A DNA stretch of 32,450 nucleotides, taken from contig JAJXSP010000003.1 of the NCBI GenBank assembly GCA_021784515.1, positions 1 to 32,450 on the forward strand, written 5' to 3'. Positions 1 to 9,252 of this stretch are shown here, piece after piece. The notes under the pieces are model-generated. The model was not told the origin of the DNA. It did not search any database and worked only from the letters and a program-made list of their open reading frames with translations. The position numbers and the translations under genes are program-made. Positions within the stretch are counted from its first letter, which is position 1, and every line of letters starts with the position of its first letter. The DNA is from Myxococcales bacterium (GTDB lineage: Bacteria > Myxococcota_A > Polyangia > Palsa-1104 > SHYY01).

Positions 1-836
1 AGCGAGCCCAGCGTGAGGATGAGATAGGCCCACATGTTGCGCTTCTCACGCCGATCGCGGTGGGTGACCGTCAAATAAATCAGCGTCGCCGCCACGAGCG
101 CACAAATGCCCTTCACGAGCCTTTCGGTGATGTTCGGGACCTGCAGCAGGATCCAGACGACGGGGACGAGGACGACCAGCACCGCAAGACCCGCGAGCAG
201 GCGCAGCCGGAACTTCTTCGCCGTGGCATCGAGCAGCGGCGTATTCCGATCGACCAACGACTTCCAGGCGATCGCCGCGAAGACGATCGCCAGGAAATTG
301 CCGAGCGTGGCGAAGATGAACAGCCGCGAATAGCTCTCGGTCGCCTGGTAGTGCCCGGCGACGGTGAAGCCGATGAAGAAGCCGATGTTCATGCCGGCGT
401 AGTTCCACAAAAAGGCCCCCTCGCGGCGGGGGTCCTCCGGCGTGAAGCGCTGGGTGAGCATCATGTTGATGCAGGTGACGTTGAGCCCGCTGCCGGTGAG
501 GAACAGCGCCAGCCCCCAATAGAACAGCACCGTGGTGCCCACCGCCATGGCCGCGCAGCCGAGCACCTGGAGCAGCATGCCGCCGACGAAGAGGTTGCGG
601 TTGCTGAGGAAGCGCCCGCCCAGATAGCCGCCGAACAGGTGCAGTCCGTAGTTGAACGCGCCGAAGACGCCCATGAGCGCGGTGGCTTCCTTGGCGGTCA
701 GGTGCAGGTGCTTGGTGCCGTACAGCACCAGCGTCGAGTACAGGACCGCAAAGCCAAGGGTGGCGAAGGTCTGGATGAAGAACAGCGCGCCAGTGCCCTC
801 GCGGATGAGGGCCAGCCTGCTCTTGAGTGGTGCCAA
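1..836 (-). CDS. POT/PTR2 family proton-dependent oligopeptide transporter (MFS), partial; runs off the window start
   Basis: Not in the ORF track because there is no stop in the window. Manual reverse translation gives LAPLKSRLALIREGTGALFFIQTFATLGFAVLYSTLVLY...FGAFNYGLHLFGGYLGGRFLSNRNLF...GLALFLTGSGLNVTCINMMLTQRFTPEDPRREGAFLWNYAGMNIGFFIG, with multiple TM helices and POT-type motifs. TTG start at 836 is preceded by AGGAGG. Confidence 0.85.
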   Translation of the reverse strand, partial: MAPLKSRLALIREGTGALFFIQTFATLGFAVLYSTLVLYGTKHLHLTAKEATALMGVFGAFNYGLHLFGGYLGGRFLSNRNLFVGGMLLQVLGCAAMAVGTTVLFYWGLALFLTGSGLNVTCINMMLTQRFTPEDPRREGAFLWNYAGMNIGFFIGFTVAGHYQATESYSRLFIFATLGNFLAIVFAAIAWKSLVDRNTPLLDATAKKFRLRLLAGLAVLVVLVPVVWILLQVPNITERLVKGICALVAATLIYLTVTHRDRREKRNMWAYLILTLGS

Positions 837-1017
837 CGGTGCCTCCTGCGCGGTGAAGGTCGGTCCTGGATTGTCGAGCGAGGTCGAGGTGCAAACAAGG
901 GATCCACGCTCGCCTCGTGGGCCCCGGCGGCTGTCGCCGGCGGCAGCTTGCCGCGGAAGACGCCCCCCATGCAATGGCCGAATGGCCGCGCTCCCCATCC
1001 CCGCGCGTGGGCCCGAG

Positions 1018-1237
1018 CGAACGTCACCACACGCTGGGGGGACGGTCTTGACTTTCGCCGCGAGTGGGCCCGGGGCGGGCGAGCGAAAGTCAAAGCCGTC
1101 CCTCGTCTGACTACGTGAGGCGGCTTTGGCCTTCGAACGTCACGAACGTCCCCACACGCTGGGGGGACGGTCTTGACTTTCGCCGAGGGTGGGGCGGTCG
1201 CAGGCGAGCGAAGGTCAAGGCCGTCCCTCGTCTGACT
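1018..1237. repeat. Two tandem ~95 bp imperfect direct repeats (1018-1112, 1143-1237), each an internal palindrome (REP/REPIN-like)
   Basis: Both units read CGAACGTC.CCACACGCTGGGGGGACGGTCTTGACTTTCGCCG-[variable]-GGCGAGCGAA.GTCAA.GCCGTCCCTCGTCTGACT with a 125 bp period. The arms GGGACGGTCTTGACTTTCGC and GCGAAAGTCAAAGCCGTCCC are near-perfect reverse complements. Confidence 0.9.
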
Positions 1238-1462
1238 CGCGACGTTCGTGACGCCCGAACGACGAGGGACGCGTGTTTTGTTTCCTCGCCCCGCCCTCCC
1301 CGAGTCACAATCGGGTTCAGCCGCACGCGAAGAAACGAAACACCGTTCCCCCAGCGTGTGCGTCCTGGAAACATATGCGTTCCCTCATTCCGTCCTACTC
1401 GAAGGGCAGGCTCACGGCGGGCGGCGAGCAGCCTGGGGCCCGCAAGGGCCCCGGCTGACCCG

Positions 1463-3568
1463 TCAGGCCAGCGAGTGCGCCGCCGCCCCTTCGCGGCACG
1501 ACGCGATGCAGGCGCAGAGCTTGTCGACGTCCACCGGCTTGGTGAGGTGGTGGTCGAAGCCGACCTCGAGCGAGCGCCGGCGGTCTTCGGGACGCCCGTA
1601 GCCGGTGACCGCGATCAGCGCGGCGCCCGCCGTCTCGGGGTGCGCGCGGAGGTGGGTCGCCACGTCGTAGCCATCCATCCCGGGCAGCCCGAGATCGAGC
1701 AGCACGGCGTCGGGCCGCATCGCGGCCGCCGCCTCGAGCGCGGCGAGCCCGTCGTAGGCGACCGCCACCTCGTAGCCGCAGCTCTCGAGCACGTCGTGCA
1801 GCATCGTCGCCGCGTCCACGTTGTCGTCCACCACGAGCACGCGCAGCGCTTCGCGCACCGTCGGCGCGCGCCACGCGACGGGAGCGGGCGCCGGCGCCAC
1901 CGCGCCGTCGAGTGCGGGCAGCCGCACCACGAACTCGCTGCCGCGACCCGGCCCGTCGCTCTGGGCGGCGACGCGGCCGCCGTGCATCTCCACCAGGCTC
2001 CGCACCAGCGTCAGGCCGAGGCCCAGGCCGCCGCGCGTCCGGTCGAGCGAGCGATCGGCCTGGTAGAAGCGATCGAACACGTGCGGCAGCTCGTCGTGCG
2101 TCATCCCCTCGCCGGTGTCGCGCACGCGCAGCACCGCCTCGTCGCCCTCGCGGCCGATCTCGATCGCGATCCGCCCGCCGCGCGGCGTGAACTTCGAGGC
2201 GTTGTGCAGCAGGTTCACCACCACCTGCTCGATGCGCACCGGGTCGGCGTCGATCCACGGCGGCTCCGGAGTGGAGCGCACCTCGAGTGCGAGCTCCTTG
2301 CCCTCGATGATGCTCTCCATGCACTCCGCCGCGGCGTTGGCCACCACGCCGAGGTCGACCGGGCGGCGCCGCAGCTCGATCGCGCCGCGGCCGACGCGCG
2401 ACAGATCGAGCACGTCGTCGAGCAGCCGCGCCATGTGCACCACCTGCCGCTCGAGCACGCCCTGGGCGCGCGTCACCTCCGGATCGGGGCTGCCGCGCCG
2501 ACGAAGGAGCTGCGCCGCGTTGCTCATCGCGCCGAGCGGGTTGCGCAGCTCGTGGGCGAGCATGGCGAGGAACTCGTCCTTGCGCCGATCCATCTCGCAC
2601 GCCTCGCGGTACAGCCGCGCCTTCTCGACGACGAGCGCGGCCTGGTGGGCGAAGCGCTCGGCGAGCGCGAGGTCCGCCCCGCCGAAGCTCCGCCCCGAGG
2701 GACCGGTGGCCAGGGCGAGCACGCCCACGATGGCGTGCCCGGCGTCGAGCGGCACGACCATCCACGAGCGCAGCCCGAGGGCGCCAAGGCCGGGGCGCGC
2801 CGGGTCGACCGCGGCGGCGGCGCGGTCGGCGTCGGTGGCCCGCCCGATGAGGAGCGGCCGTCCGGATCGCACCGCCTCGACGATGGGGTGCCCGGCGGGG
2901 AGGCGTTCGCTCGGCGCCTGCGCCGTGGCCATCGGCACATCGAGGCCCTCGTGGCCCACGTGCTCGAGGCGGACCTCGCCGCCATCGCCGACGGTGTAGA
3001 ACGCGCACCAGTCGGCGAGCCGCGGGACGGCCGCCTCGGCGATGCGCCGCGCGGTCGTGTCGTAGTCGAGCGATCCGGCGAGCACCTTGTCCGCGTCGAC
3101 CAGCAGCTCGACGCGTCGCAGCGCCTCCTCGGCCGCGACGCGCGCCGCCCGCTCCTCGGCCAGCTGCAGCGTCCGCTCGCTGTACTGCTGCCGCTCGATC
3201 GCATAGCGGAGCGCACGCTCGAGCACCGATCCGTACGTCGCGGCCTTCACGAGGTAGTCCTGCGCGCCCTCGGCCAGCGCGCGGCGCCCCAGCGCCTCGT
3301 CGTCGAGCCCGGTGAGCACGATCACCGGCAGCAGCGGCGCGGCGGCGTGGATCCGCCGCAGACCGTCGAGCCCGGTGGCGTCGGGCAGCGAGAGGTCGAG
3401 CAGCACCGCGTCGAAGCGCTCGGCCGCGAGCCGCTCGAGCGCGACGCCGACGCGCTCGACGACCTCGACACCGCCGGCGCCGGCGCCGACCGCCAGCCGC
3501 ACGAGGTCGGCGTCGCCCCCATCGTCCTCCACCAACAGGTACCGCTCGCTGCTGATCGCGTCTCCCAT
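1463..3568 (-). CDS. Hybrid sensor histidine kinase/response regulator (REC-GAF-HisKA-HATPase-REC)
   Basis: N-terminal REC (LLVEDD..., DLSLPD, AQDYLVK), GAF (LADWC...), H-box [10 protein letters not shown]-box [11 protein letters not shown] boxes DTGEGM and GGLGLGL, C-terminal REC (VLVVDDN...DLGLPGMDG...HLTKP). Confidence 0.95.
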   Translation of the reverse strand: MGDAISSERYLLVEDDGGDADLVRLAVGAGAGGVEVVERVGVALERLAAERFDAVLLDLSLPDATGLDGLRRIHAAAPLLPVIVLTGLDDEALGRRALAEGAQDYLVKAATYGSVLERALRYAIERQQYSERTLQLAEERAARVAAEEALRRVELLVDADKVLAGSLDYDTTARRIAEAAVPRLADWCAFYTVGDGGEVRLEHVGHEGLDVPMATAQAPSERLPAGHPIVEAVRSGRPLLIGRATDADRAAAAVDPARPGLGALGLRSWMVVPLDAGHAIVGVLALATGPSGRSFGGADLALAERFAHQAALVVEKARLYREACEMDRRKDEFLAMLAHELRNPLGAMSNAAQLLRRRGSPDPEVTRAQGVLERQVVHMARLLDDVLDLSRVGRGAIELRRRPVDLGVVANAAAECMESIIEGKELALEVRSTPEPPWIDADPVRIEQVVVNLLHNASKFTPRGGRIAIEIGREGDEAVLRVRDTGEGMTHDELPHVFDRFYQADRSLDRTRGGLGLGLTLVRSLVEMHGGRVAAQSDGPGRGSEFVVRLPALDGAVAPAPAPVAWRAPTVREALRVLVVDDNVDAATMLHDVLESCGYEVAVAYDGLAALEAAAAMRPDAVLLDLGLPGMDGYDVATHLRAHPETAGAALIAVTGYGRPEDRRRSLEVGFDHHLTKPVDVDKLCACIASCREGAAAHSLA

Positions 3569-3627
3569 TCACCCACTCCCGCCCGCGACGCCCCGATGCC
3601 TTCCTGCCGTCGCCGCGAAGGCGCTGA

Positions 3628-3670
3628 ACTGTGTGAGGGAACTGCGCACTGTCAAGGCACGGACTTGACG
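3628..3670. promoter_or_regulatory. Candidate back-to-back sigma70-type -35 elements or operator (GTCAAG-N7-CTTGAC) in the divergent intergenic region
   Basis: TTGACA on the minus strand (3650-3655) followed 16-17 nt later by CACAGT/ACAGTT; TTGACG on the plus strand (3665-3670). The -10 matches are weak. Confidence 0.3.
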
Positions 3671-3768
3671 CGCCCCCCCGCGGACCGAGGTTGTCTGGAA
3701 CGCCGCTGCGGGGAGCGACGGGCGACCGCAGGCGCAGCGGGTCTGTGCGATGCATCGCTCGGACGGGC

Positions 3769-4371
3769 ATGACTCCCCACCCCGTCCGGTTCCGCGTCGC
3801 ACCCCCGCCGCGGCTGGAGCGCGTCCACGTCGTGATCCGACTGGCGTTCCTCCTGTCGCTCGGGTTGATCGGCTGGCCGTCGCTCGGCTGGCTGTTCTAC
3901 CTCGCGCTGCCCGCGGTCGCCGCCTTGCTGGTCTCGCAGAAGGGCAGCGCACGCTACCTCGCCGAGGACGCTCCCGCGATCGCGCGCGCGCTGCGCTGGG
4001 TGGCCGCGGCGTTCGCCTACCTGTGGCTGCTCACGGACGCCTTCCCGACCGACGCGAAGGGCGGCCCCGTCGAGCTCGAGGTGGAGACGGGCGGCGCGCC
4101 GACGCCCGGCTCGGCGCTGCTCCGGTTGCTGTACAGCATCCCCGCGTTCTTCGTCCTGGCGCTGCTGTCGATCGCCACCGCGCTGCTGTGGATCGTCGGC
4201 GCGATCGCGATCCTGGCATGGGAGCGGGTGCCGGCGGTGGTCTCCGACGTCCTCGCGCTCACGCTGCGCTACCAGCTGCGGCTGATCGCCTATCACCTGT
4301 CGCTCGTCGACAGCTACCCCTCCTTCGCGGAGGCGCCGCTCACGCAGGTGCCGAACCAGGGCGCTGCCTGA
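3769..4371 (+). CDS. DUF4389-like membrane protein
   Basis: Start moved to MTPHPVRFRV. Two repeated units with RW..AAFAYLWLLTDAFP and RYQLRLIAYHLSLVDSYPSF, matching the DUF4389 'AY...L.D.YP.F' signature. Confidence 0.75.
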   Translation: MTPHPVRFRVAPPPRLERVHVVIRLAFLLSLGLIGWPSLGWLFYLALPAVAALLVSQKGSARYLAEDAPAIARALRWVAAAFAYLWLLTDAFPTDAKGGPVELEVETGGAPTPGSALLRLLYSIPAFFVLALLSIATALLWIVGAIAILAWERVPAVVSDVLALTLRYQLRLIAYHLSLVDSYPSFAEAPLTQVPNQGAA

Positions 4372-4565
4372 TGGATGGGACGCCGATCGAACGCGTCGCG
4401 CCGGCCCGCGAGCGGCGAGGTGGAGCCTCGTCCACCACCAGCATCGGAGGGATGCTCTGGTTCGGCGGGTGGCTGTTCACCGTCGGGTTCGTGAAGCTGG
4501 TGTGGTGGAAGGTCCTGCTCGCGCTCGTGCTGTGGCCCTACTTCCTCGGCACCGCGGCCCGCTGA
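4371..4565 (+). CDS. Small (64 aa) Trp-rich membrane protein, hypothetical
   Basis: TGATG overlap with the upstream stop. MDGTPIER...GGMLWFGGWLFTVGFVKLVWWKVLLALVLWPYFLG forms a hydrophobic hairpin. Confidence 0.7.
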   Translation: MDGTPIERVAPARERRGGASSTTSIGGMLWFGGWLFTVGFVKLVWWKVLLALVLWPYFLGTAAR

Positions 4566-4698
4566 ACATCCGCAAGAGCATCGTCGAGGCCTCTCCGGGT
4601 GAGGGAGGGCAGGAGCCGTCGACGGACGCCTCGCGGGCGGCTCGACGACGCCGGTTTGCCTGCCTTGCGGTCGCGTGTTGCCGCCCGACATCCCTCGC

Positions 4699-5406
4699 GT
4701 GGACGTCACGAGAAAGGTCGTGGCGCTGACGCTCGGCGCTGCCGTTGTCGTCGGTGCCGAAGCGCTCGGCGGATTCGCCGGGGGGTGCGTTGACACCGAT
4801 CTGGCGGAGCCCCCGCCCGCGGTGTTCGCGCTCTTCGATCCATCGACCACGCCGCCGACGATCCCGCTGCCGAACGACATCACGATGACGGCGGCGCAGC
4901 CGGACAGCGTGGCGCACTCCTCGTTCAGCGGGCCCGTCGACCGGAGCACCCTGCGGGCGGGCACCGTGATGGTGATCGACGCCACCACCTCGGCGCCCCT
5001 CATCATGGCCAGCTTCGCGCTCGACGAGATGGCGACGACGCTCGATGTGTCGCCGCCGACCGGGGGATGGCCCGTCGGCCACCGGATCGCGGTGGTGGTG
5101 CGCGGCAGCCCGGGCGGGCTGGTCGGCGCTAAGGGCGAGCCGGTGGTCGCGTCGCCGGCGTTCTACCTGGTGCGCTCGACGTCGCCGCTGGTGCAGTGCC
5201 CTGCCACCGGGCCGTGCGTCTCGACGACGCCGCTCCTGACCGCACAGCAGGCGTTCGTCCTCGAGCAGCTGCGGGTCGCGCTCGCGCCGCTGCTCGACTC
5301 GGTACAGGCGCTCGGCGTGCCGCGTAGCGAGATCGTCCTCGCCTGGACCTTCACCGTTGGCCCGCCCGTCGGAGCGACCGACGCGGGCGCACTCCCGAGA
5401 GGTTGA
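4699..5406 (+). CDS. Putative lipoprotein with an Ig-like fold, resembling the N-terminal region of extracellular lipases
   Basis: Hydrophobic leader ending FAGGC; FDPSTTPPTIPLPNDI motif, beta-rich middle, GVPRSEIVLAWTFT near the C-terminus; no GxSxG. GTG start is uncertain. Confidence 0.6.
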   Translation: MDVTRKVVALTLGAAVVVGAEALGGFAGGCVDTDLAEPPPAVFALFDPSTTPPTIPLPNDITMTAAQPDSVAHSSFSGPVDRSTLRAGTVMVIDATTSAPLIMASFALDEMATTLDVSPPTGGWPVGHRIAVVVRGSPGGLVGAKGEPVVASPAFYLVRSTSPLVQCPATGPCVSTTPLLTAQQAFVLEQLRVALAPLLDSVQALGVPRSEIVLAWTFTVGPPVGATDAGALPRG

Positions 5407-5409
5407 CGA

Positions 5410-6672
5410 ATGCGGATCGATCGGCATTACGTCTCGATCGCGCTCGCGCTGCTTCTGGCGCCGGCGATCGCGCGCGGCGGCGGCTACGAGATCGCCGAGC
5501 AGGGGGCGGCGGCGACCTCGATGGCCGGCGCTTTCACCGCCAAGGCCGACGACGCCTCGGCGATCTTCTACAACGCCGCCGGCCTGGCCCAGCTGCGCGG
5601 GCTGCACCTGTACCTCGGCGCCACGCTGGTGAACTCGCAGGTGACGGCGGATGACGCGTCGAAGACGTTCCTCCCCGAGGGCAGCGCCAAGACGGGCGTG
5701 GTCGCGCAGGTGATGCCGAACTTCTACGCCGCGTACGGGTTCAGCCCCGGCATCACGCTCGGCATCGGCATCTTCAGTCACTACGGCCTGAGCCTCAGCT
5801 GGCCCTCCGACTGGGGAGGCCGCTCGCTGGTCCGGGACGTCACGCTGCGCACCGTGAACATCAGCCCGAGCATCGCCTGGCAGGTGCTGCCGTTCCTCTT
5901 CATCGGCGGCGGGATCGACGTGATCTCGGGCTCGGCCGACCTCACGCGCACCATGGCGCTCGACGCCACGACGGAGGCGGAGTTGCGCTTCCGCGGCAAC
6001 GACACCGCCATCGGCGGCAACGTGGGCCTCCTCATCGTCACGCCGCGCAAGGGCGCGATGCCGCCGATCCACCTCGGCTTCTCGTATCGCACCGGGCCCG
6101 ACCTCGACTTCGGCGGCGGCCGCCTCAGCATCTCCTCGCCGATCGAGCTGTCGCAGGTGCTGCGCGACGTGCGCGCCGCGGCGACCGTGCCGATGCCCGA
6201 TCGGATCGCCGTCGCCTTGGGCGTCCGCCCCGTCGACCGCCTGTTCCTCACGGCGGAGTTCGACTGGGTCCACTGGTCGGACTTCCAGAGCCTCACCGTC
6301 ACGCCGACCGGCGGCTCGCTCCCGCCGCAGACCATCCCGGAGAACTGGCGCGACGGCTACACGGTGCGCGGCGCCGGCGAGGTGCTGGTCGGTCCGGTCG
6401 CGCTCCGCCTCGGCGCGGGCTTCGACTGGTCGCCGGCCGCCGAGAGCACGCTCAACCCGATCGTCCCCGACTCCAACCGCGTCTTCGTCGGCGCCGGCGT
6501 GGGCATCAACCTGCCGCGCCACCTCCTGATCGACATCGGCCTGCTCGGCGTGGACTTCCTCCAACGCACGAGCACGCTGCCGCAGTTCCCCGTCGAGTAT
6601 TCGAACTGGGCGGTGTTGACGACCGTCGCGCTCGGCTACCGCGGCAAGCCCGGGCCGGCGACGCACCCCTGA
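5410..6672 (+). CDS. OmpP1/FadL/TodX family outer-membrane transport protein
   Basis: Signal peptide, then GGYEIAEQGAAATSMAGAFTAKADDASAIFYNAAGLAQL (FadL hatch motif), NISPSIAWQ, ENWRDGY..RGAGE and PDSNR; alternating beta-strands. Confidence 0.92.
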   Translation: MRIDRHYVSIALALLLAPAIARGGGYEIAEQGAAATSMAGAFTAKADDASAIFYNAAGLAQLRGLHLYLGATLVNSQVTADDASKTFLPEGSAKTGVVAQVMPNFYAAYGFSPGITLGIGIFSHYGLSLSWPSDWGGRSLVRDVTLRTVNISPSIAWQVLPFLFIGGGIDVISGSADLTRTMALDATTEAELRFRGNDTAIGGNVGLLIVTPRKGAMPPIHLGFSYRTGPDLDFGGGRLSISSPIELSQVLRDVRAAATVPMPDRIAVALGVRPVDRLFLTAEFDWVHWSDFQSLTVTPTGGSLPPQTIPENWRDGYTVRGAGEVLVGPVALRLGAGFDWSPAAESTLNPIVPDSNRVFVGAGVGINLPRHLLIDIGLLGVDFLQRTSTLPQFPVEYSNWAVLTTVALGYRGKPGPATHP

Positions 6673-6791
6673 TCGCCCGCGGCGTCCGGGTCGAGAGCAC
6701 TTCACCCTGCCCCCTGCTGCACGATCGGCACGCTCCGTCAGCCTGATCCCGTCCCGCGAGCGGCGGCCTCCGAAGTGCAGCCCCTCGGCGC

Positions 6792-7064
6792 ATGGGAATC
6801 ATCACGTGGATCCTCTTCGGTCTGATCGCCGGCGCGGTCGCCAAGGCCCTCCATCCGGGGCGTGACCCGGGCGGCATCGTCCTCACGATGCTCATCGGGA
6901 TTCTCGGCGCCTTCATCGGCGGCATCATCGGCCAGGCGATCTTCGGAGCCGGCGTGACCGGCTTCAACGCCTGGAGCTTCCTGCTGGCGGTCCTGGGCTC
7001 GCTCCTGCTGCTGGTGATCTATCGCGCCGTCGTCGTCAACCGCGGCCGCCGCCGCACCGTGTGA
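6792..7064 (+). CDS. GlsB/YeaQ/YmgE family (transglycosylase-associated) membrane protein
   Basis: MGIITWILFGLIAGAVAKALHPGRDPGGIVLTMLIGILGAFIGG is the canonical family N-terminus. Confidence 0.93.
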   Translation: MGIITWILFGLIAGAVAKALHPGRDPGGIVLTMLIGILGAFIGGIIGQAIFGAGVTGFNAWSFLLAVLGSLLLLVIYRAVVVNRGRRRTV

Positions 7065-7096
7065 GGTGGCGTGCGCGCTGCACCCGGCGAGAGGAC

Positions 7097-7531
7097 ATGA
7101 AGGTCCAGGACGTCATGATGAGCCCCGTCGAGACGGCGGCCGGCGACGACAGCGTGAAGTTGGCGGCGCTGCGCATGCGGGCGAGCGAGGTCGGCGTGCT
7201 CCCCGTGGTGGAGCAGGGTCAGGTGATCGGCATCCTCACCGATCGCGACATCACCGTGCGCGGCACGGCCGAGGGCAAGGACCCCGATCGGACGACGGTG
7301 CGCGAGCTGATGACCCCGCGGTTGATCGCCTGCGCGCCCGACGACGAGCTGTCCGACGCGGCGCGCCTGATGGTGGCCCACTCAGTGCGCCGGCTGCTTG
7401 TGCTCGACGCCCACGGCCAGCTCGTGGGCATCCTCTCGGTCGACGACCTCGCGGTGCTCGCGGCCGACGAGGGCGCGCCCGACGTGATCGCGCCGCCGGA
7501 GCTGGCGTCGCCGACCGGCGGGCCGCGGTAG
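7097..7531 (+). CDS. CBS-domain pair protein
   Basis: MKVQDVMM...LPVVEQGQVIGILTDRDITVR...VRELMT...VRRLLVLD..GQLVGILSVDDL; GAGGA just upstream of ATG 7097. Confidence 0.92.
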   Translation: MKVQDVMMSPVETAAGDDSVKLAALRMRASEVGVLPVVEQGQVIGILTDRDITVRGTAEGKDPDRTTVRELMTPRLIACAPDDELSDAARLMVAHSVRRLLVLDAHGQLVGILSVDDLAVLAADEGAPDVIAPPELASPTGGPR

Positions 7532-7535
7532 CGTT

Positions 7536-8018
7536 CTACTCCCGGCGCCGCGCGATCGGGCCGAGCGTCCCCCCGGTCGCGCGCAGGTACTCGGCCGGCG
7601 CCATCACCAGCTGCGTCCCGCGGACGCCCGCCGAGACCGCGATCTCGTCGCACAGCTCGATGGTGTCGTCGACGAAGACCGGGTAGTCGCGCTTCGCCCC
7701 GAGCGCCGTGCAGCCGCCGCGGAGGTAGCCGGTGAGCGGCTGGACCTCCTTCAGCGGGACCAGGTCCACCTTTCGATCGCCGCTCAGCCGCGCGAGCGCC
7801 TTTCCGTCCAACTCCGAATCGCCGGCGATCACCGCAAACACGACGCCCGTGCGATCGCCGCGCGCCACCAGCGTCTTGAACACCTGCTCGATGGGCATTC
7901 CGATCGCGGCGGCGACGTGCGCCGCGTCGAGGTGCTCTTCGTCGACGGGATAGTCCACGAGCCGGTAGGCGATTCCCAGCCCGTCGAGGATGCGCGCGGC
8001 GTTGGTCTTCGTGGCCAT
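7536..8018 (-). CDS. ybaK: Cys-tRNA(Pro) deacylase (YbaK/EbsC family)
   Basis: C-terminal part of ORF 7536..8825: MATKTNAARILD...QVFKTLV...LTGYLRGGCTALG...IAVSAGVRG. Confidence 0.93.
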   Translation of the reverse strand: MATKTNAARILDGLGIAYRLVDYPVDEEHLDAAHVAAAIGMPIEQVFKTLVARGDRTGVVFAVIAGDSELDGKALARLSGDRKVDLVPLKEVQPLTGYLRGGCTALGAKRDYPVFVDDTIELCDEIAVSAGVRGTQLVMAPAEYLRATGGTLGPIARRRE

Positions 8019-8111
8019 TGCGCGCGCGACGATACCTCCGAATCCGCGGCCGCGTTGCACCGCCACCGTCGGGTCAGGCCGAATTGGACCCTCGCGAGGG
8101 CGGGTGCGAAG

Positions 8112-9146
8112 ATGCGCGCCATGCCCCGACCAGGCCGACGCAAGGGCGCCTTCCGCCAGGCCACCCGACTCCTCCGGATCAGCGAGTCGCTGCGCGCGCG
8201 GCGCTTCGGGCTGCCGCTCGCCGAGCTCGCCGCCGCCTTCCAGGTGAGCGAGCGGCAGATGAGGCGCGACGTGGCCGCCCTCGACGAGGCGGGTGTGCCC
8301 GTCGAGACGACGCTCGACCCCGAGGGGCGCAGCCGCGTGGCGCTGCGCGGCGGCCCGCAGCGCGCGATCTCGCTCAGCCTCCGCCAGCGCTACGCGCTGC
8401 TCGCCGTGCGCCGCGTGTTCGACGTGCTGCGCGACACGCCGCTGTACGAGGACGTGGTGGCGATCGCCGAGAAGATGGCGGCGTCGCTGCCCGAGGAGGA
8501 GCGGCTCGACGCCGAGGGGCTCGCCGATCGCTTCCTCTTCCTGCCCGACGGCGGGACGAAGCGCTACGCCGACAAGCAGGACGTCCTCGACGCGCTCCTC
8601 ACCGGCGTGCTCCGGCGCCTGCGCGTGCGCGCGAGCTACCGGCGGGCGGGCGGCGCGACCCACGAGATGCTCCTCGAGCCCTACGCGATGGTGCTCTACA
8701 AGAACGGGCTCTACGCGATCGGGCGCGGCCTGCCCGTCGAGAACCCCGACGAGGCAGCCGACCGCAAGCCGTTCGTGTTCGCCGTCGAGCGCTTCGTCGA
8801 GGCGGAGCACGTGCGCGGCACCCACTTCACGCCGCCCGCCGGCTTTTGCGCCGAGTCGTTCTTCCAGGGCGCCTTCGGACTCTTCACGGGCGCGCGCACG
8901 GAGCGCGTCGAGATCGACTTCTCACCCGAGGCGCGACCGTTCGTCGAGGCGCGCAGCTGGCACCCGACGCAGCGGCTCGCCCCGCGACGCGACGGCGGCG
9001 TGCGCCTCTCGTTCGAGGTGGCCGACGTGACGCCGGTGGTGTCGTGGGTGCTCGAGTGGGGGCCTCACGCGCGCGCCCGCGGGCCGCGCCGCCTCGTCGA
9101 CGAGGTGCGCCGCCAGCTCGCGGCGACCGCGGCGCAGTACGAGTAG
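8112..9146 (+). CDS. WYL-domain transcriptional regulator (HTH-WYL-WCX, PafB/PafC-like)
   Basis: HTH LAELAAAFQVSERQMRRDVAALDEAGVP, WYL core LEPYAMVLYKNGLYAIG...FAVERF, WCX region WHPTQR...SWVLEWGPHA. Start is 8112 or 8121. Confidence 0.92.
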   Translation: MRAMPRPGRRKGAFRQATRLLRISESLRARRFGLPLAELAAAFQVSERQMRRDVAALDEAGVPVETTLDPEGRSRVALRGGPQRAISLSLRQRYALLAVRRVFDVLRDTPLYEDVVAIAEKMAASLPEEERLDAEGLADRFLFLPDGGTKRYADKQDVLDALLTGVLRRLRVRASYRRAGGATHEMLLEPYAMVLYKNGLYAIGRGLPVENPDEAADRKPFVFAVERFVEAEHVRGTHFTPPAGFCAESFFQGAFGLFTGARTERVEIDFSPEARPFVEARSWHPTQRLAPRRDGGVRLSFEVADVTPVVSWVLEWGPHARARGPRRLVDEVRRQLAATAAQYE

Positions 9147-9198
9147 CCGCCCGTCGGACGACGGGGACGAGGGGAAAAGACGGATTCGAGGGGGGAGG

Positions 9199-9243
9199 GA
9201 AGAGAAGCCCGCGGGCGCGGCGCGTGGCCGGCCCGCGGGCTGG
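9199..9243 (-). terminator. Probable intrinsic terminator of the cytochrome operon, between convergent genes
   Basis: AGCCCGCGGGC (9206-9216) and GCCCGCGGGCT (9231-9241) form a perfect 11 bp stem, followed on the minus strand by TCTCTT, about 10 nt after the 9253 stop. Confidence 0.6.
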
Positions 9244-9252
9244 AACGGGAGA

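Noticed and set aside
46-1118. ORFs 46..894 (-) and 60..1118 (+)
   Set aside because: Wrong frames; the real gene is the POT transporter in another minus-strand frame that runs off the window.
1018-1237. Possible CRISPR array
   Set aside because: Only two long units, the variable parts sit inside palindromes and resemble each other, and no cas genes are present.
6726-6745. CGGCACG resembling a sigma54 -24 box upstream of the GlsB/YeaQ gene
   Set aside because: No GC at the -12 position.
7536-8825. 429-aa ORF as an N-terminally extended YbaK fusion
   Set aside because: The extension is the antisense of the WYL gene; YbaK homology starts at MATKTNAAR (8018).
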